From the NCBI GenBank assembly GCA_028023455.1, contig JAQFVV010000008.1, positions 12,152,001 through 12,216,000 on the forward strand: a DNA stretch of 64,000 nt, given 5' to 3'. Positions 1-11,467 of the stretch are shown here, one piece after another (position 1 is the stretch's first letter; each line of letters opens with the position of its first letter). The DNA comes from Epiperipatus broadwayi (Eukaryota > Animalia > Onychophora). The translations under genes and the position numbers were made by a program. The notes below the pieces were generated by a model that did no database searches, had not been told where the DNA came from, and saw only the letters and a list, made by a program, of their open reading frames with translations.

Positions 1-467
1 TTTTCATGCTACATTGAATACATAAATGTATCAGATGGATTGATGCCAGTTTGACTGCGAATTTTAGCCTAAGGTTAAATAGGGATAGAATGTTTTATTT
101 TCAGATGCAAATCTATGTAGTCTATTCATACTTGACCATCTAAATAAAATATTAAACTCATTGAAATTTATGTAAATGTACAATTAAAGAGTAATCTAAA
201 AATCTAAAAAAATGTTAAACCTATTCCTCGAATTTAGAATGATTTTATATGTGCGTAAATAAATATTTTTTATGTGTTAATTTCTGGCAGTGGCTTTTAT
301 TCTCTTATATTTAAGATATAAAATTTATATTTTATTATCTCTGCTACTCACTGAGCTAGTGACTTGGGCTAACGACCGGAATCAAGAAAAAAAAATATTT
401 TTTTTTTACTTACGTATCTGCCTACTTTATAAATTTTTCTAGGTTCAAATGCCTAGATGGCGCCCTG
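1..467 (-). mobile_element. Terminal segment of a TA-targeting (Tc1/mariner-like) DNA transposon, copy A; truncated by the window edge
   Basis: 1-467 is nearly identical to 3975-4443 (about 6-7 differences by eye). Similarity stops exactly at ...CCTAGATGGCGCCCTG followed by TA (468-469), which reads TA|CAGGGCGCCATCTAGG on the minus strand. A related end occurs at 27163. Confidence 0.6.
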
Positions 468-880
468 TAGTGCAGTTTACGTAAGTCTACCTGCTCCGGA
501 TTGTTATAACTGGCTACCCAACTTGGGCCGATCTTTAATAAACACGAGTGCCCTGAGAATTTTAAAAGTGAATCATGCCCGTAAATTTTTTCTGAAAATT
601 GTATAAATATATTTGTTGTATTGACGTGGAGTTATAGTTTGAAATTTTGTCTTAAAGGTACTGCCAGTAAGAAAAATTGTGCATATGTAAAGAGAAATAC
701 GAGGAATAAAAAGTAATAAATAAAACGTAATTAATAAATATAAATCATAAATTTTTTTTTAAAAAAAAAAGTCTTGTTTAAAATCTAATCGTTTAACTTG
801 CCTAAATAATACTTAAAAGTTGAAGAAAAGAAATTTGGATGGGAGGGGGCAGAAATTTAGCTGGTAGTAAGGAATCATCA

Positions 881-2593
881 GTCAACTTTTTTTTATCATT
901 ATATTTGTAATTACTGTTTTGTCTTTTAAAAAAAAAGTTTTGTCCTTTTGAAATTTCATATATAACAAATTTGTGTAACGTAATTACTAACACTAAGTAA
1001 ATTCTTTTTTTTTTTTTTTTAATGTTTTTGTTTTTTGAGGAAGTTTACTGATATGTAACGATATATAAATATGTCGTTACATTAATTTAAAATAAAAACT
1101 TAAAAGTTCGCAAATAAAAGAAAAAAAACTAAACGCTAAAATTAAAATGTTTGTTAAATGTATAACAATTCGCACAGATGCTAAACTTTAAAAATATTTT
1201 TTTCATAAACAAAAAAAAAAAAAGTCAACTTTTTTCTTATCATTATATTTGTAATTACTGTTTTGTCTTTTAAAAAAAAAAGTTTTGTCCCTTTGAAATT
1301 TCATATATAACAAATTTGTGTAACGTAATTACTAACACTAAGTAAATTCTTTTTTTTTTTTTTTAATGTTTTTGTTTTTTGAGGAAGTTTACTGATATGT
1401 AATGATATATAAATATGTCGTTACATTAATTTAAAATAAAAACTTAAAAGTTCGCAAATAAAAGAAAAAAAACTAAACGCTAAAATGAAAATGTTTGTTA
1501 AATGTATAACAATTCGCACAGATGCTAAACTTTAAAAATATTTTTTTCATAAACAAAAAAAAAAAAAGTCAACTTTTTTTTATCATTATATTTGTAATTA
1601 CTGTTTTGTCTTTTAAAAAAAAAGTTTTGTCCTTTTGAAATTTCATATATAACAAATTTGTGTAATGTAATTACTAACACTAAGTAAATTCTTTTTTTTT
1701 TTTTTTTAATGTTTTTGTTTTTTGAGGAAGTTTACTGATATGTAACAATATATAAATATGTCGTTACATTAATTTAAAATAAAAACTTAAAAGTTCGCAA
1801 ATAAAAGAAAAAAAACTAAACGCTAAAATTAAAATGTTTGTTAAATGTATAACAATTCGCACAGATGCTAAACTTTAAAAATATTTTTTTCATAAACAAA
1901 AAAAAAAAAAGTCAACTTTTTTCTTATCATTATATTTGTAATTACTGTTTTGTCTTTTAAAAAAAAAGTTTTGTCCCTTTGAAATTTCATATATAACAAA
2001 TTTGTGTAACGTAATTACTAACACTAAGTAAATTCTTTTTTTTTTTTTTTAATGTTTTTGTTTTTTGAGGAAGTTTACTGATATGTAATGATATATAAAT
2101 ATGTCGTTACATTAATTTAAAATAAAAACTTAAAAGTTCGCAAATAAAAGAAAAAAAACTAAACGCTAAAATGAAAATGTTTGTTAAATGTATAACAATT
2201 CGCACAGATGCTAAACTTTAAAAATATTTTTTTCATAAACAAAAAAAAAAAAGTCAACTTTTTTTTATCATTATATTTGTAATTACTGTTTTGTCTTTTA
2301 AAAAAAAAGTTTTGTCCTTTTGAAATTTCATATATAACAAATTTGTGTAACGTAATTACTAACACTAAGTAAATTCTTTTTTTTTTTTTTAATGTTTTTG
2401 TTTTTTGAGGAAGTTTACTGATATGTAACGATATATAAATATGTCGTTACATTAATTTAAAATAAAAACTTAAAAGTTCGCAAATAAAAGAAAAAAAACT
2501 AAACGCTAAAATTAAAATGTTTGTTAAATGTATAACAATTCGCACAGATGCTAAACTTTAAAAATATTTTTTTCATAAACAAAAAAAAAGAAA
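881..2593. repeat. Tandem array of five ~343-bp AT-rich units with A-B-A'-B-A higher-order alternation
   Basis: Units start at GTCAACTTTT at 881, 1224, 1568, 1911 and 2253. Units 2 and 4 share variants (TTCTTAT, GTCCCTTTG, GTAATGATAT, AAATGAAAATG) absent from units 1, 3 and 5. The ORFs at 802-993 and 2159-2365 are by-products of the repeat. Confidence 0.97.
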
Positions 2594-3299
2594 GTATTTG
2601 AACGTATTTTTTTTAATAAAAAAATACAAGATTGAAATATAAAAATATTTAAAAAAAAAAATAACGTAAGTTAAAATAAAAACAGGTATTAATTAATTCC
2701 TGTAATCTATAAATGGAAATGATTGTTTATTAATTATCTAAAAGCTGTTTAATTAAAAAGTCAGATGAAAAGTTAGATAAGAGAAGGAAGAGATTTTAGC
2801 TTGACCAATGGAAGCAAATAAAGGCCCGGACCATAACGAAAAAACAGAACAGTGACGTTTTTGTTCATGGAATCCATAGGAGGACTATAAAAAGAAAAAA
2901 TATTGAGTTCCAGTCAGTTTTTTCCAATTTGATTTTGGTGAGTCGAGCGACAAGACGCACTTGTCATCCTCACTTACTTATTTTAAAAATGCAAAGACTG
3001 TGATACCAGAACAGAACCAGCTAATGCTACCTCCAAAATATCAGACCGGTCTTCCAGGAAAGTCTCCGTGGGAATTGCCAACGGGAACAGGGACTCTTCT
3101 ACCATAAGCAATAGAACTGAACAATTGTTAAAATCATAATATTAATTAAGAACTTTAAAGATTGATAAGTTAATTTAAATTTTATAAAAAGAACTTTTCT
3201 CTGACTTATGTGTCAACTCAATTGATAATGTGTAATTTTATATATGTTTGCGTTTGATAAAAAAATCATTTCCATTTATTATTATTTGTATTAATATTT

Positions 3300-4443
3300 A
3301 TTGTTCAAAATTTAAATGAGGAAATTTAAGGTTGGGTATAGACGTTGCATAGATTCGTTAGCGGTTGATAATGTTGTGGTTTTCACATTCGATTAGAATA
3401 TATGTCAACGATATCACTGCAAGCATCTTACGATAAATGCTAATGGGATTTGTATATTCCCTATGCAAGTGACGTTTATCGATGACTTTGTATTTTGATT
3501 GGTTGTGTTTAATTTGGAATGTTTTTAACCGTGGAATCTGTGCAGCTGATCTGTACTCAACATTTTAAAACAATTTTATAAAATTCATTTGTGCGAACGT
3601 ATTTAAATGTTAAATTTAAGTCGGGCGTGAATGGCTATATAGATTTGTAAAGTTATATTAGGGGAGAGTAATCTTAGGTTATTTGTGTCGTTGTTTAATT
3701 GGGTCAATGGATTGGATATATTTGTGTAATTAGTAGATGTAGTATGAGTTTCACTACGTGCAGAATCGCTGTATACACCGCACCAACCCTTTGCCTATGG
3801 ATGGGATTGTAAGTTGGCAAAAAGGATCGCGGTCCCTTCCTATGGAGTTTTTATTTTATTGTTCTTCTTGCTATACAGACGTCATATTCCTGTATTGGTC
3901 CAGAGTCAATGTTTTCTCTAACTATACTGTTCAGATGTCCATTCCTGACAGTATAGTATATTTGTGCTGTTGTATTTTCATGCTACATTGAATACATAAA
4001 TGTATCAGATGGATTGATGCCCGTTTGACTGCGAATTTTAGCCTAAGGTTAAATAGGGATAGAATGTTTTATTTTCAGATGCAAATCTATGTAGTCTATT
4101 CATATTTGACCATCTAAATAAAATATTAAACTCATTGAAATTTATGTAAATGTACAATTAAAGAGTAATCTAAAAATCTAAAAAATGTTAAATCTATTCC
4201 TCGAATTTAGAATGATTTTATATGTGCGTAAATAAATATTTTTTATGTGTTAATTTCTGGCAGTGGCTTTTATTCTCTTATATTTAAGATATAAAATTTA
4301 TATTTTATTATCTCTGCTACTCACTGAGCTAGTGACTTGGGCTAACGACCGGACTCAAGAAAAAAATAATAATTTTTTTTTTTACTTACGTATCTGCCTA
4401 CTTTATAAATTTTTCTAGGTTCAAATGCCTAGATGGCGCCCTG
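3300..4443 (-). mobile_element. Tc1/mariner-like DNA transposon, copy B, with heavily decayed transposase-like sequence; left boundary uncertain
   Basis: Ends TA|CAGGGCGCC (TA at 4444-4445). Minus-strand translation near 3760-3880 gives CIARRTIK*KLHRKGPRSFLPTYNPIHRQR and, in another frame, GWCGVYSDSA. These resemble the Tc1 second HTH region and the W..VxFSDES motif, but the similarity is weak and judged by eye. Confidence 0.4.
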
Positions 4444-6187
4444 TATATATTGTACCTCACCTTCAGTTCAGCTCAAATAAATAATAATGCTTCAGATAAA
4501 ATACTTATAATCTTGATATAATAAATAGATATCCTATAATGATTTCTACCATTCAACTAGCTCTAAATAATTAATAAATAATATATATGGTTCAACAACT
4601 AATTAAATAACTTTTTATATTTATTTTTATGATATTCAAATGTTTTCAATTTTTTAAAACAATTCTGAAAGTAATTTTGAAACTTTTAAAAACCTTGCAA
4701 GCACACAAAGTGTGTGTATTTGCTAGTCACATGACCCCAAAACACCCAAACAGAATATTGCATTTTTTTTATATTCACTGTCTGAAAATAGGATTAATAA
4801 AATATTTAATTACAAAATATTACATTATAAAAAATTAATAAAATATTTATGATAGAATTTGGAATAATTTTGACATTATTTAAACAATAAAGAAAATTGA
4901 ATACACTTGTATATCCCACAAAATACTAAAATTTTTAAAATATAAGTCTAAATCTCCTTTTATTAAAATACATTTAACAACTTATTTAATTTTTAATCAT
5001 TATGTAAAAATTAGTTTTCAACACTTTAATAAGACTTAATACATAATTTTTATTATTATCACTATGGCCAGTTCTTCCAACCATACACAATTATAATATT
5101 TAACTTTTACTTTGTAATTTTAGCATTTTATCATAGCTTTTAAATATTTATAATTTTTAACTTTATCTTAACAAAGTTTTAAAAACATTTTAACATTATT
5201 ATCGCACCTACAGATATTAAATTTCTTTTAATTTAAATTTTTTTAAGAAATTGATTTTTAAAACCTATTTAGATATAATAAAAAGGGTACAATATATATA
5301 AAATCAAATATTTCAAATGATCTTCTCCTGAAGTTCATTAATCATGCTAATATTTGATTTGATAAATTTCTGTTACTCTTCTCTGTATTTAGTTTTGAAA
5401 CAGTAAGATCTGCTTTGCAGATCTTCGTTTCACCTTTTCTCACCTCTTTCCTACCCTCATACCTTAGTTTGAACCTTAATCTATCGTAGTGTGTCTGCAA
5501 TGCGCTTATATATAGAAAATCCCGCCAATTTTAAACCACGAGTACAACGCTCATGTTATATATAAGTATAACTCATTCCCAAATCAATAAAATGTTATGG
5601 ATTATGTGTATGTTTACATAATTTAGATTTATTTAAAAGTAGGTTATATAGGTTGTAATTGCACACACACTATGATATGCATTTTAAAACTTATGTCAAA
5701 ATTATAAATTGTTAGTTAAAATTATTTTGTTTGAATCTATTTACAAAAATATATTACCGTCGTAATATATTTTTGATTTAAAATAAAATTCACATTTGTT
5801 TAATAAATAGATTCAAATATTGAAATTTAAAAAGTAAAATAATTTTCTTTTGAATTTAAAATCACGTCATATATTGTCTGTTAGAATAAATGGGGGCTGG
5901 TATGAACAAAATAGTTTTAATTATTATCTAAAAATACAGCAGATGTCCACTTAAGGTTTTCTTTCAATTAATAAAAGTAATTTTAATTAAATCAAGTTTG
6001 TAATTCGAATGTCTACAAGGAAATTAACAATAGAAATTAATTAAAATTTTGTTGAATTCCTTTCGACATTTGGATAGAATTAATTACAGCTGATAAGTAA
6101 GCAAAGTCTGATATATTTTTGTAATGCTCCAGGGCAGTTGTATTGTTTAATTCCACTATAAAAAGGAGGGTTTTCTTTTGTTCTCCA

Positions 6188-6311
6188 TTCTAGTGATTTG
6201 CTAATGAAATGATTCTAGTGAAATATTCTAGTGATATTTCAGCAAATATTTCTAGTGATTTGCTAATGAAATGATTCTAGAGAAATTATTCTAGTGAAAA
6301 TATTCTAGTAA
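6188..6311. repeat. Short array of seven TTCTAG(T/A)(G/A)A motifs containing a 62-bp duplication
   Basis: Motif at 6188, 6213, 6226, 6250, 6275, 6289 and 6303; 6188-6249 recurs imperfectly at 6250-6311. Confidence 0.85.
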
Positions 6312-9300
6312 AATATTTTTTGAACAAGATTTCAAAAATATATTTTCCTGAAATTTTTAGCTATGTGCCTGCGAACTTAAATTTGAAGCCGAGTTTTTGT
6401 GTCCAAATTAATTGACCATATTTACAGTTTCACTTATGAATCACCCAACCTTCAAAATTGCTAACCTTGAAATGACGGAGTAGAACCGGCAAGAAGGCTA
6501 TTTTTCTCTCGGGAATGGCCAGCCACTGCTCTAGACCATCGAAAGCTATCACCTAAAGAACCCTGGAACTTCTGATGCTGCCAAAAATATGAACAATTCC
6601 AGATTTTGCTGCTGAATTATAAAACCTGCCGACCATCAATCTACCTGCAAATGCTTCTCCAGAGGTAACCCCAAATTAACCCAAGAGCTCTTGTGATTCC
6701 TAACTAACATGCTATAGCTATTTTAAATTGTTTTCTTGTATTTCACTTGACTTTATTAATGTATTTATTTAACGTGTTCTAATATAATCAACAGTTTTGC
6801 TCTCTATCCTTGGGTTAATATTTTCTATTTATTAATCTTTCTTTTATTTTATTATGATAATGTGTCAGAATAGTCTTTGACCGATTGCATTATTCCCTTT
6901 TTTGAAAGTAAGATGCCGATATTAAGGCATATTTTAAATTTATAAATAATTCCCAATTTTATTATCTTGCAAATCACTCGTTTGAGGGCTATTCTAATCT
7001 TCATTAATATATATTATAATCAAATAGTTTAAAATCTACATTTTATTGATTTTAACCTAACATGAGAGTATGTGCGAGGTCAACGATTAAAATGTGCCAC
7101 AAATGCATGATTGCGTAAATCAATCTCTACTTTCTTTTCAAACCTGCAAGCAAGCATTTTGTTTCGTATTTGATATCGAGAATGTGCGGACCCTTTTAAT
7201 GAATTTCTGGAAATTTGATTGGGCATTCTTCCCAATCTAAGTGAATCCATCTTGTATGTCTTATATACATTAGTCTAGTATTGCTGGTAAATGAATTGGT
7301 TGTTGAAACCACTTTGTTTTCTCCAAGGATTTTAAACGGCCAAGTCCGTTCCCTTTTCGCTTCCTGCGGTTCCCAGGCAGAGTGTGTACTCAAATGTCAC
7401 ACCTGGGAATTAGATGCAGTCATCACCCAGTCACTAAGTTTCAGCTGTTTGTGACAACACTTTCCTATGGGTCAGCGGTGAGATGCCCTCCATAGTCATT
7501 TTAAATATTTCCCATTATTTTATATATACAAAGCATCCGTGACTTAAATGTGTCGCACCCTCCATCCTTTAATAAATTCAGTATTAGCAATACCAACCTC
7601 CTATATAAATTAATTATAATTATAAAATAAATGCCTTGATCAAATCCCACTTTGTCGCTTAGTAAGCTTTTGTCTGTGCTATTCTCGAAATCAATAAATA
7701 TTCTATAACCCTTAATTTTAAATGTTTTATTAAACTTTTATAATTACTCAAAGCACCTCGCACATGTTCCCATCTCTGTTAAGCACATTATTATAATATT
7801 ATATTAGCCCGAGGGATAGAATGTATTTTCTTAAAAACCTTTTTGTCATTTAATGGAATGTACTGCCAACAATTATTTAGTAAGCGTCCCTGTCTCATAT
7901 AAGCAGACAGTGACATTATATATATATATTTCTATATAAATAAATCTTTGAAATCATTTAAAATTAATTTTGATCTTTTATTTTATTGATTCCTATTTTA
8001 CATTTCTTTTGTACATCCATAGACGTTAATTAGCAACCCAAACTTATCTTAGTATAGAGTCTTTTTGTTTCTCCCTGACCACCAGGCACCCGTAAAAGGT
8101 TATACTAGTAGTAGCATCAGATGCGTTATCACATAGGTGGCGCTGTGAAATTTGGACTTTAGATTCGAACTTAGTATATGTAGAAGGCAACCCCTCCTAG
8201 AATGTTCAGTTTCATGTTTGGGGTTTGAATTCTGCAGTGTTTTAGCGCTATAGATGATTCTGACCGTTACAGTTTATAGGAGCCATTTTGGTGTTGTCTC
8301 ACAAACTTATTCTCACAAAGATCACTGATCTCACCACTATTTTAATTTTAATAGAGTTCTCCTTTTTTCTATGTATTTTAAATAAGACATTTGGAATCTC
8401 ATTTCAATAGCTTTTATTTTTATGAAAATCATTTTTTGCTTCAACATCTCTATTGTCTTTAATTTTATATTCATATATGAGAGTTCATTAACTCTTTATT
8501 TAATTAACAGCAATAATCTATATTACTTTAAAGTCCCCCAAGAAGCAATATAAAAGTCAATAGAAACTATTTTGGGTCTATCACCTGATGTCCATTGTAG
8601 TGTAGAGTGATATAGAGAAGATTGTTGTTGGAAGCTTCTGATACTTTGTAGTTGTGAAATTAATTATTCTATTTCTATATCTAAACTTAATTAAATTATA
8701 ATTTTTCTATACAATCAGTGTGTATCTTAAAGTCATAAATTAAGATTTTTTTAATATTCTGATTATGACTAATAACAATCAATCTTCAACTCACTTAAAT
8801 ACAACATATATACTTGTTAATCATATACAGGAAAATATCAAAGTAACTAAAGCATTTATTTTAATAATGTCTCAAATTGAAAAAGCAATCAAGAATTGTG
8901 TCAGTTAAAATCTAAGTGCTAATATGCAAACACATTTAATTATTTTTCAATCAATATTTTAAATTATTACAATTGCTGTTGCATTAATAATTAACTTCGT
9001 AATTGTTATTTTAAATATTACATCCTTTATAAATCACTGGTCTTTAATCTAGATGAAAATCCATGGAAAATTATTACATCTTTAATTTGCCAAAAAGTAA
9101 CTTTTGTTTTAACTCTTGGATTTTCTTTCAAAGCGTAAATCTTTGATTAAGATTGTAATTAACTCTTCTTGAGTTGCTATTGTGGTTGTACCGAAAATAA
9201 TTTTTCTATAATGGCAAAATATGATATTACAATTTAATAATCTGAAATATCAATTATTTGATTTGTTATATGTATTGTGATGGATTAGCATCTGAGTCTG

Positions 9301-10087
9301 TGCATCCAAATTATTGTTTGCAATGGTTCTCTTTGTTTGGCAGTCACTAAATAATTAGCTTCAAAAAAAGGTGATTTCTGAAAAAATATTTGGATATCTA
9401 AAATTACCAAAAATATGCTTTCATTTTGAAACCCTATTATAGTGGACTAAATTTTTTTAAAAGAATTATATTTATCAGGATTTTTTATAAAGGATTACTT
9501 TTTTTAAGGATTATTGTAAGAAGATCATTAAATCAATAAATCCATTTAAATAATGTTAAAATGACTTTATCTACCAGTAATGTGATAACAAGCTTCGGCG
9601 ACAATGTTAATAAAACCAAAGATATAAACAAAATCATAGCTAATATAATATCAAAAAAAACAAACAAAAAAACAACTAAGATAACCATTCACGGTTAAGA
9701 ACTTGAATAGGCTAAACATCTAACCAAAAACTACCCCTCAAAGGATATAACAAATCAATTGCAACAAATTGTCGGTAAGAAAATTAATCTTTCCTAAATA
9801 TTACTAGTATACTCCTTTTAATTTTTAAGACGTTCATTTGTTTGATATCTTAGGCATGCAATGAAAAAAATCAATATTGATTTTAAGTTGAATTCCTTAA
9901 ACTTAAGGCTTTCTCACAACTAATATATAAAGCCAATAAGTATCACATGATCACCATTTCTTATGCTTGCTCTTAGCTGTTATTAAAACAGGCAAAACTC
10001 TCTATATGTATTGCCACTCAGTGCAAACCAGATTAATCAATAAATGCCAGAAGGATTGTGCATAAAATCCCTATCTAGTGTCTACTC

Positions 10088-10145
10088 ATCCAATATCTCC
10101 AGACTAGTTTCTGGCTTGGACCTTCATTAGTGAAGAGCCTTGGAT
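10088..10145 (-). ncRNA. Family-1 hammerhead ribozyme, degenerate copy (core CUAAUGA)
   Basis: Minus strand reads ATCCAAGGCTCTTCA-CTAATGA-AGGTCCAAGCCA-GAAACTAGTC-TGGAGATATTGGAT; G5 of the core is mutated. Confidence 0.75.
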
Positions 10146-10625
10146 CTGAGAGCACTGCACACCTAGATCTTAGTATCTAAGGCAACCCTCCAGCAGCCAC
10201 CTTTTATCTCTACTTAACTACTAAATTATGAGACAAATTGAAAACACCATAATATTTTCAATCCAAGCTCATCAGCCCATATAGTCATATAGGTCTGAAC
10301 TCAATTCAGTACCTATACATTTTCGTGTCTGGCTCTTTAATAACCATAACTACCACTATCCTATTAGGCAGGATTGGTTTTAAGCCAATAAACATCACAT
10401 GATGACCATTTCTTATGCTTTTTCTTAACTGTTATTAAAACAAACAAAACTCTATATGTAAGTGAGGAACCATGAATCTGAGAGCACTGCACCTAGATCT
10501 TAGGATATAAGGCAACTCTCATGTAGCCATCTTTTATCTCTACTTAACTACTAAACTATGAGACTTAAATTGAAAAGACCATAATATTTTCAATCCAATC
10601 TCATCTCTCCATATAGTCATATAAG

Positions 10626-10677
10626 CTCCTCATTGATGAAGGCCATAAGCCAGAAAACTAGTCTGGGGATATTGGAT
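10626..10677 (+). ncRNA. Family-1 hammerhead ribozyme, degenerate copy (core UUGAUGA)
   Basis: CTCCTCA-TTGATGA-AGGCCATAAGCCA-GAAAACTAGTC-TGGGGATATTGGAT; C3 to U change and an extra A. Confidence 0.75.
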
Positions 10678-10971
10678 GAGTAGGCACCAGATGGGGATTT
10701 ATGCACAAGCCTTCTGGTTATCCATTGATTAATCTGGCTTGCACTGAGTGGCAATACGTGTAGAGAGTTTGCTGTTTTAATAACAGTTAAGAGCAAGCAT
10801 AAGAAATGGTGATCATGTGTTTATTGGCTTAAAACCAATCCTGCCTAATAGGATAGTGGTGGCTATGGTCATTAAAAAACCAAAGACACTTAACTACTAA
10901 ACCATGAGACTTAAATTGAAAACACCATAATAGTTTCAATCCAAACTCATCAACCCATATAATCATATAGG

Positions 10972-11022
10972 CTCCTCATTGATGAAGGCCACAAGCTAGA
11001 AACTAGTCTGGGGATATTGGAT
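10972..11022 (+). ncRNA. Family-1 hammerhead ribozyme, degenerate copy (core UUGAUGA)
   Basis: CTCCTCA-TTGATGA-AGGCCACAAGCTA-GAAACTAGTC-TGGGGATATTGGAT. It shares the C3 to U change and the inversion junction of the 10626 copy, so it probably arose by local duplication. Confidence 0.75.
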
Positions 11023-11408
11023 GAGTAGGCACTAGATGGGGATTTATGCACAAGACTTCTGACATCCATTGTTAATCTGGCTTGCACTGAGTAGCAATAC
11101 GTGTAGAGAGTTTTGCCTGTTTTAATAACAGTTAAGAGCAAGCTTAAGAAATAGTGATCGTGTGTTTATTGGCTTAAAACCAATCCTGCCTAATAGGATA
11201 GTGGGGGATATGGTCATTAAAAAACCAAAGACACCAAAATGTATAGGTACTTAACTGAGTTCAGACCTATATGACTATATAGGCTGATGAGTTTGGATTG
11301 AAATTATTGTGTTTTCAATTTGTCTCATAGTTTAGTAGTTAAGTAAAGACAAAAGGTGGCTGCTGGAGGGTTGCCTTAGATCCTAAGATCTAGGTGCAGT
11401 GCTTTCAG

Positions 11409-11467
11409 ATCCAAGGCTCCTCACTGATGAAGGCTACAAGCCAGAAACCAGTCTGGGGATATTGGAT
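11409..11467 (+). ncRNA. Family-1 type I hammerhead ribozyme, intact CUGAUGA core; predicted GUC cleavage after 11453
   Basis: ATCCAA-GGC-TCCTCA (stem I 5') CTGATGA (11424-11430) A-GGC-TACAA-GCC-A (stem II) GAAA (11444-11447) CCA-GTC then TGGGGA-TA-TTGGAT (stem I 3'). Stem I pairs 6 bp + internal loop + 6 bp. Confidence 0.82.

Noticed and set aside
2700-3300. Solo LTR call for the CCAAT/TATA-containing segment
   Set aside because: No TG...CA boundaries with a matching TSD were found.
3300-3700. Possible Penelope GIY-YIG remnant (HIF*SNVK) as an autonomous partner of the ribozyme elements
   Set aside because: Only a few residues match, with no GIY-YIG or PLE RT motifs. The adjacent sequence fits a Tc1-like element at least as well.
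7040-7560. GC-richer segment with LGDDCI in one minus frame, suggesting an RNA-virus RdRp
   Set aside because: The motif is flanked by stops and no other polymerase motifs align; a 3-residue match is expected by chance.
11277-11310. Second CTGATGA...GAAA motif within the family-1 monomer (also on the minus strand at ~10250-10280)
   Set aside because: The stem II candidate (GTTTGGATT/GCTTGGATT) does not pair, there is no stem I complementarity, and other copies read CTAATGA or CTATTGA.
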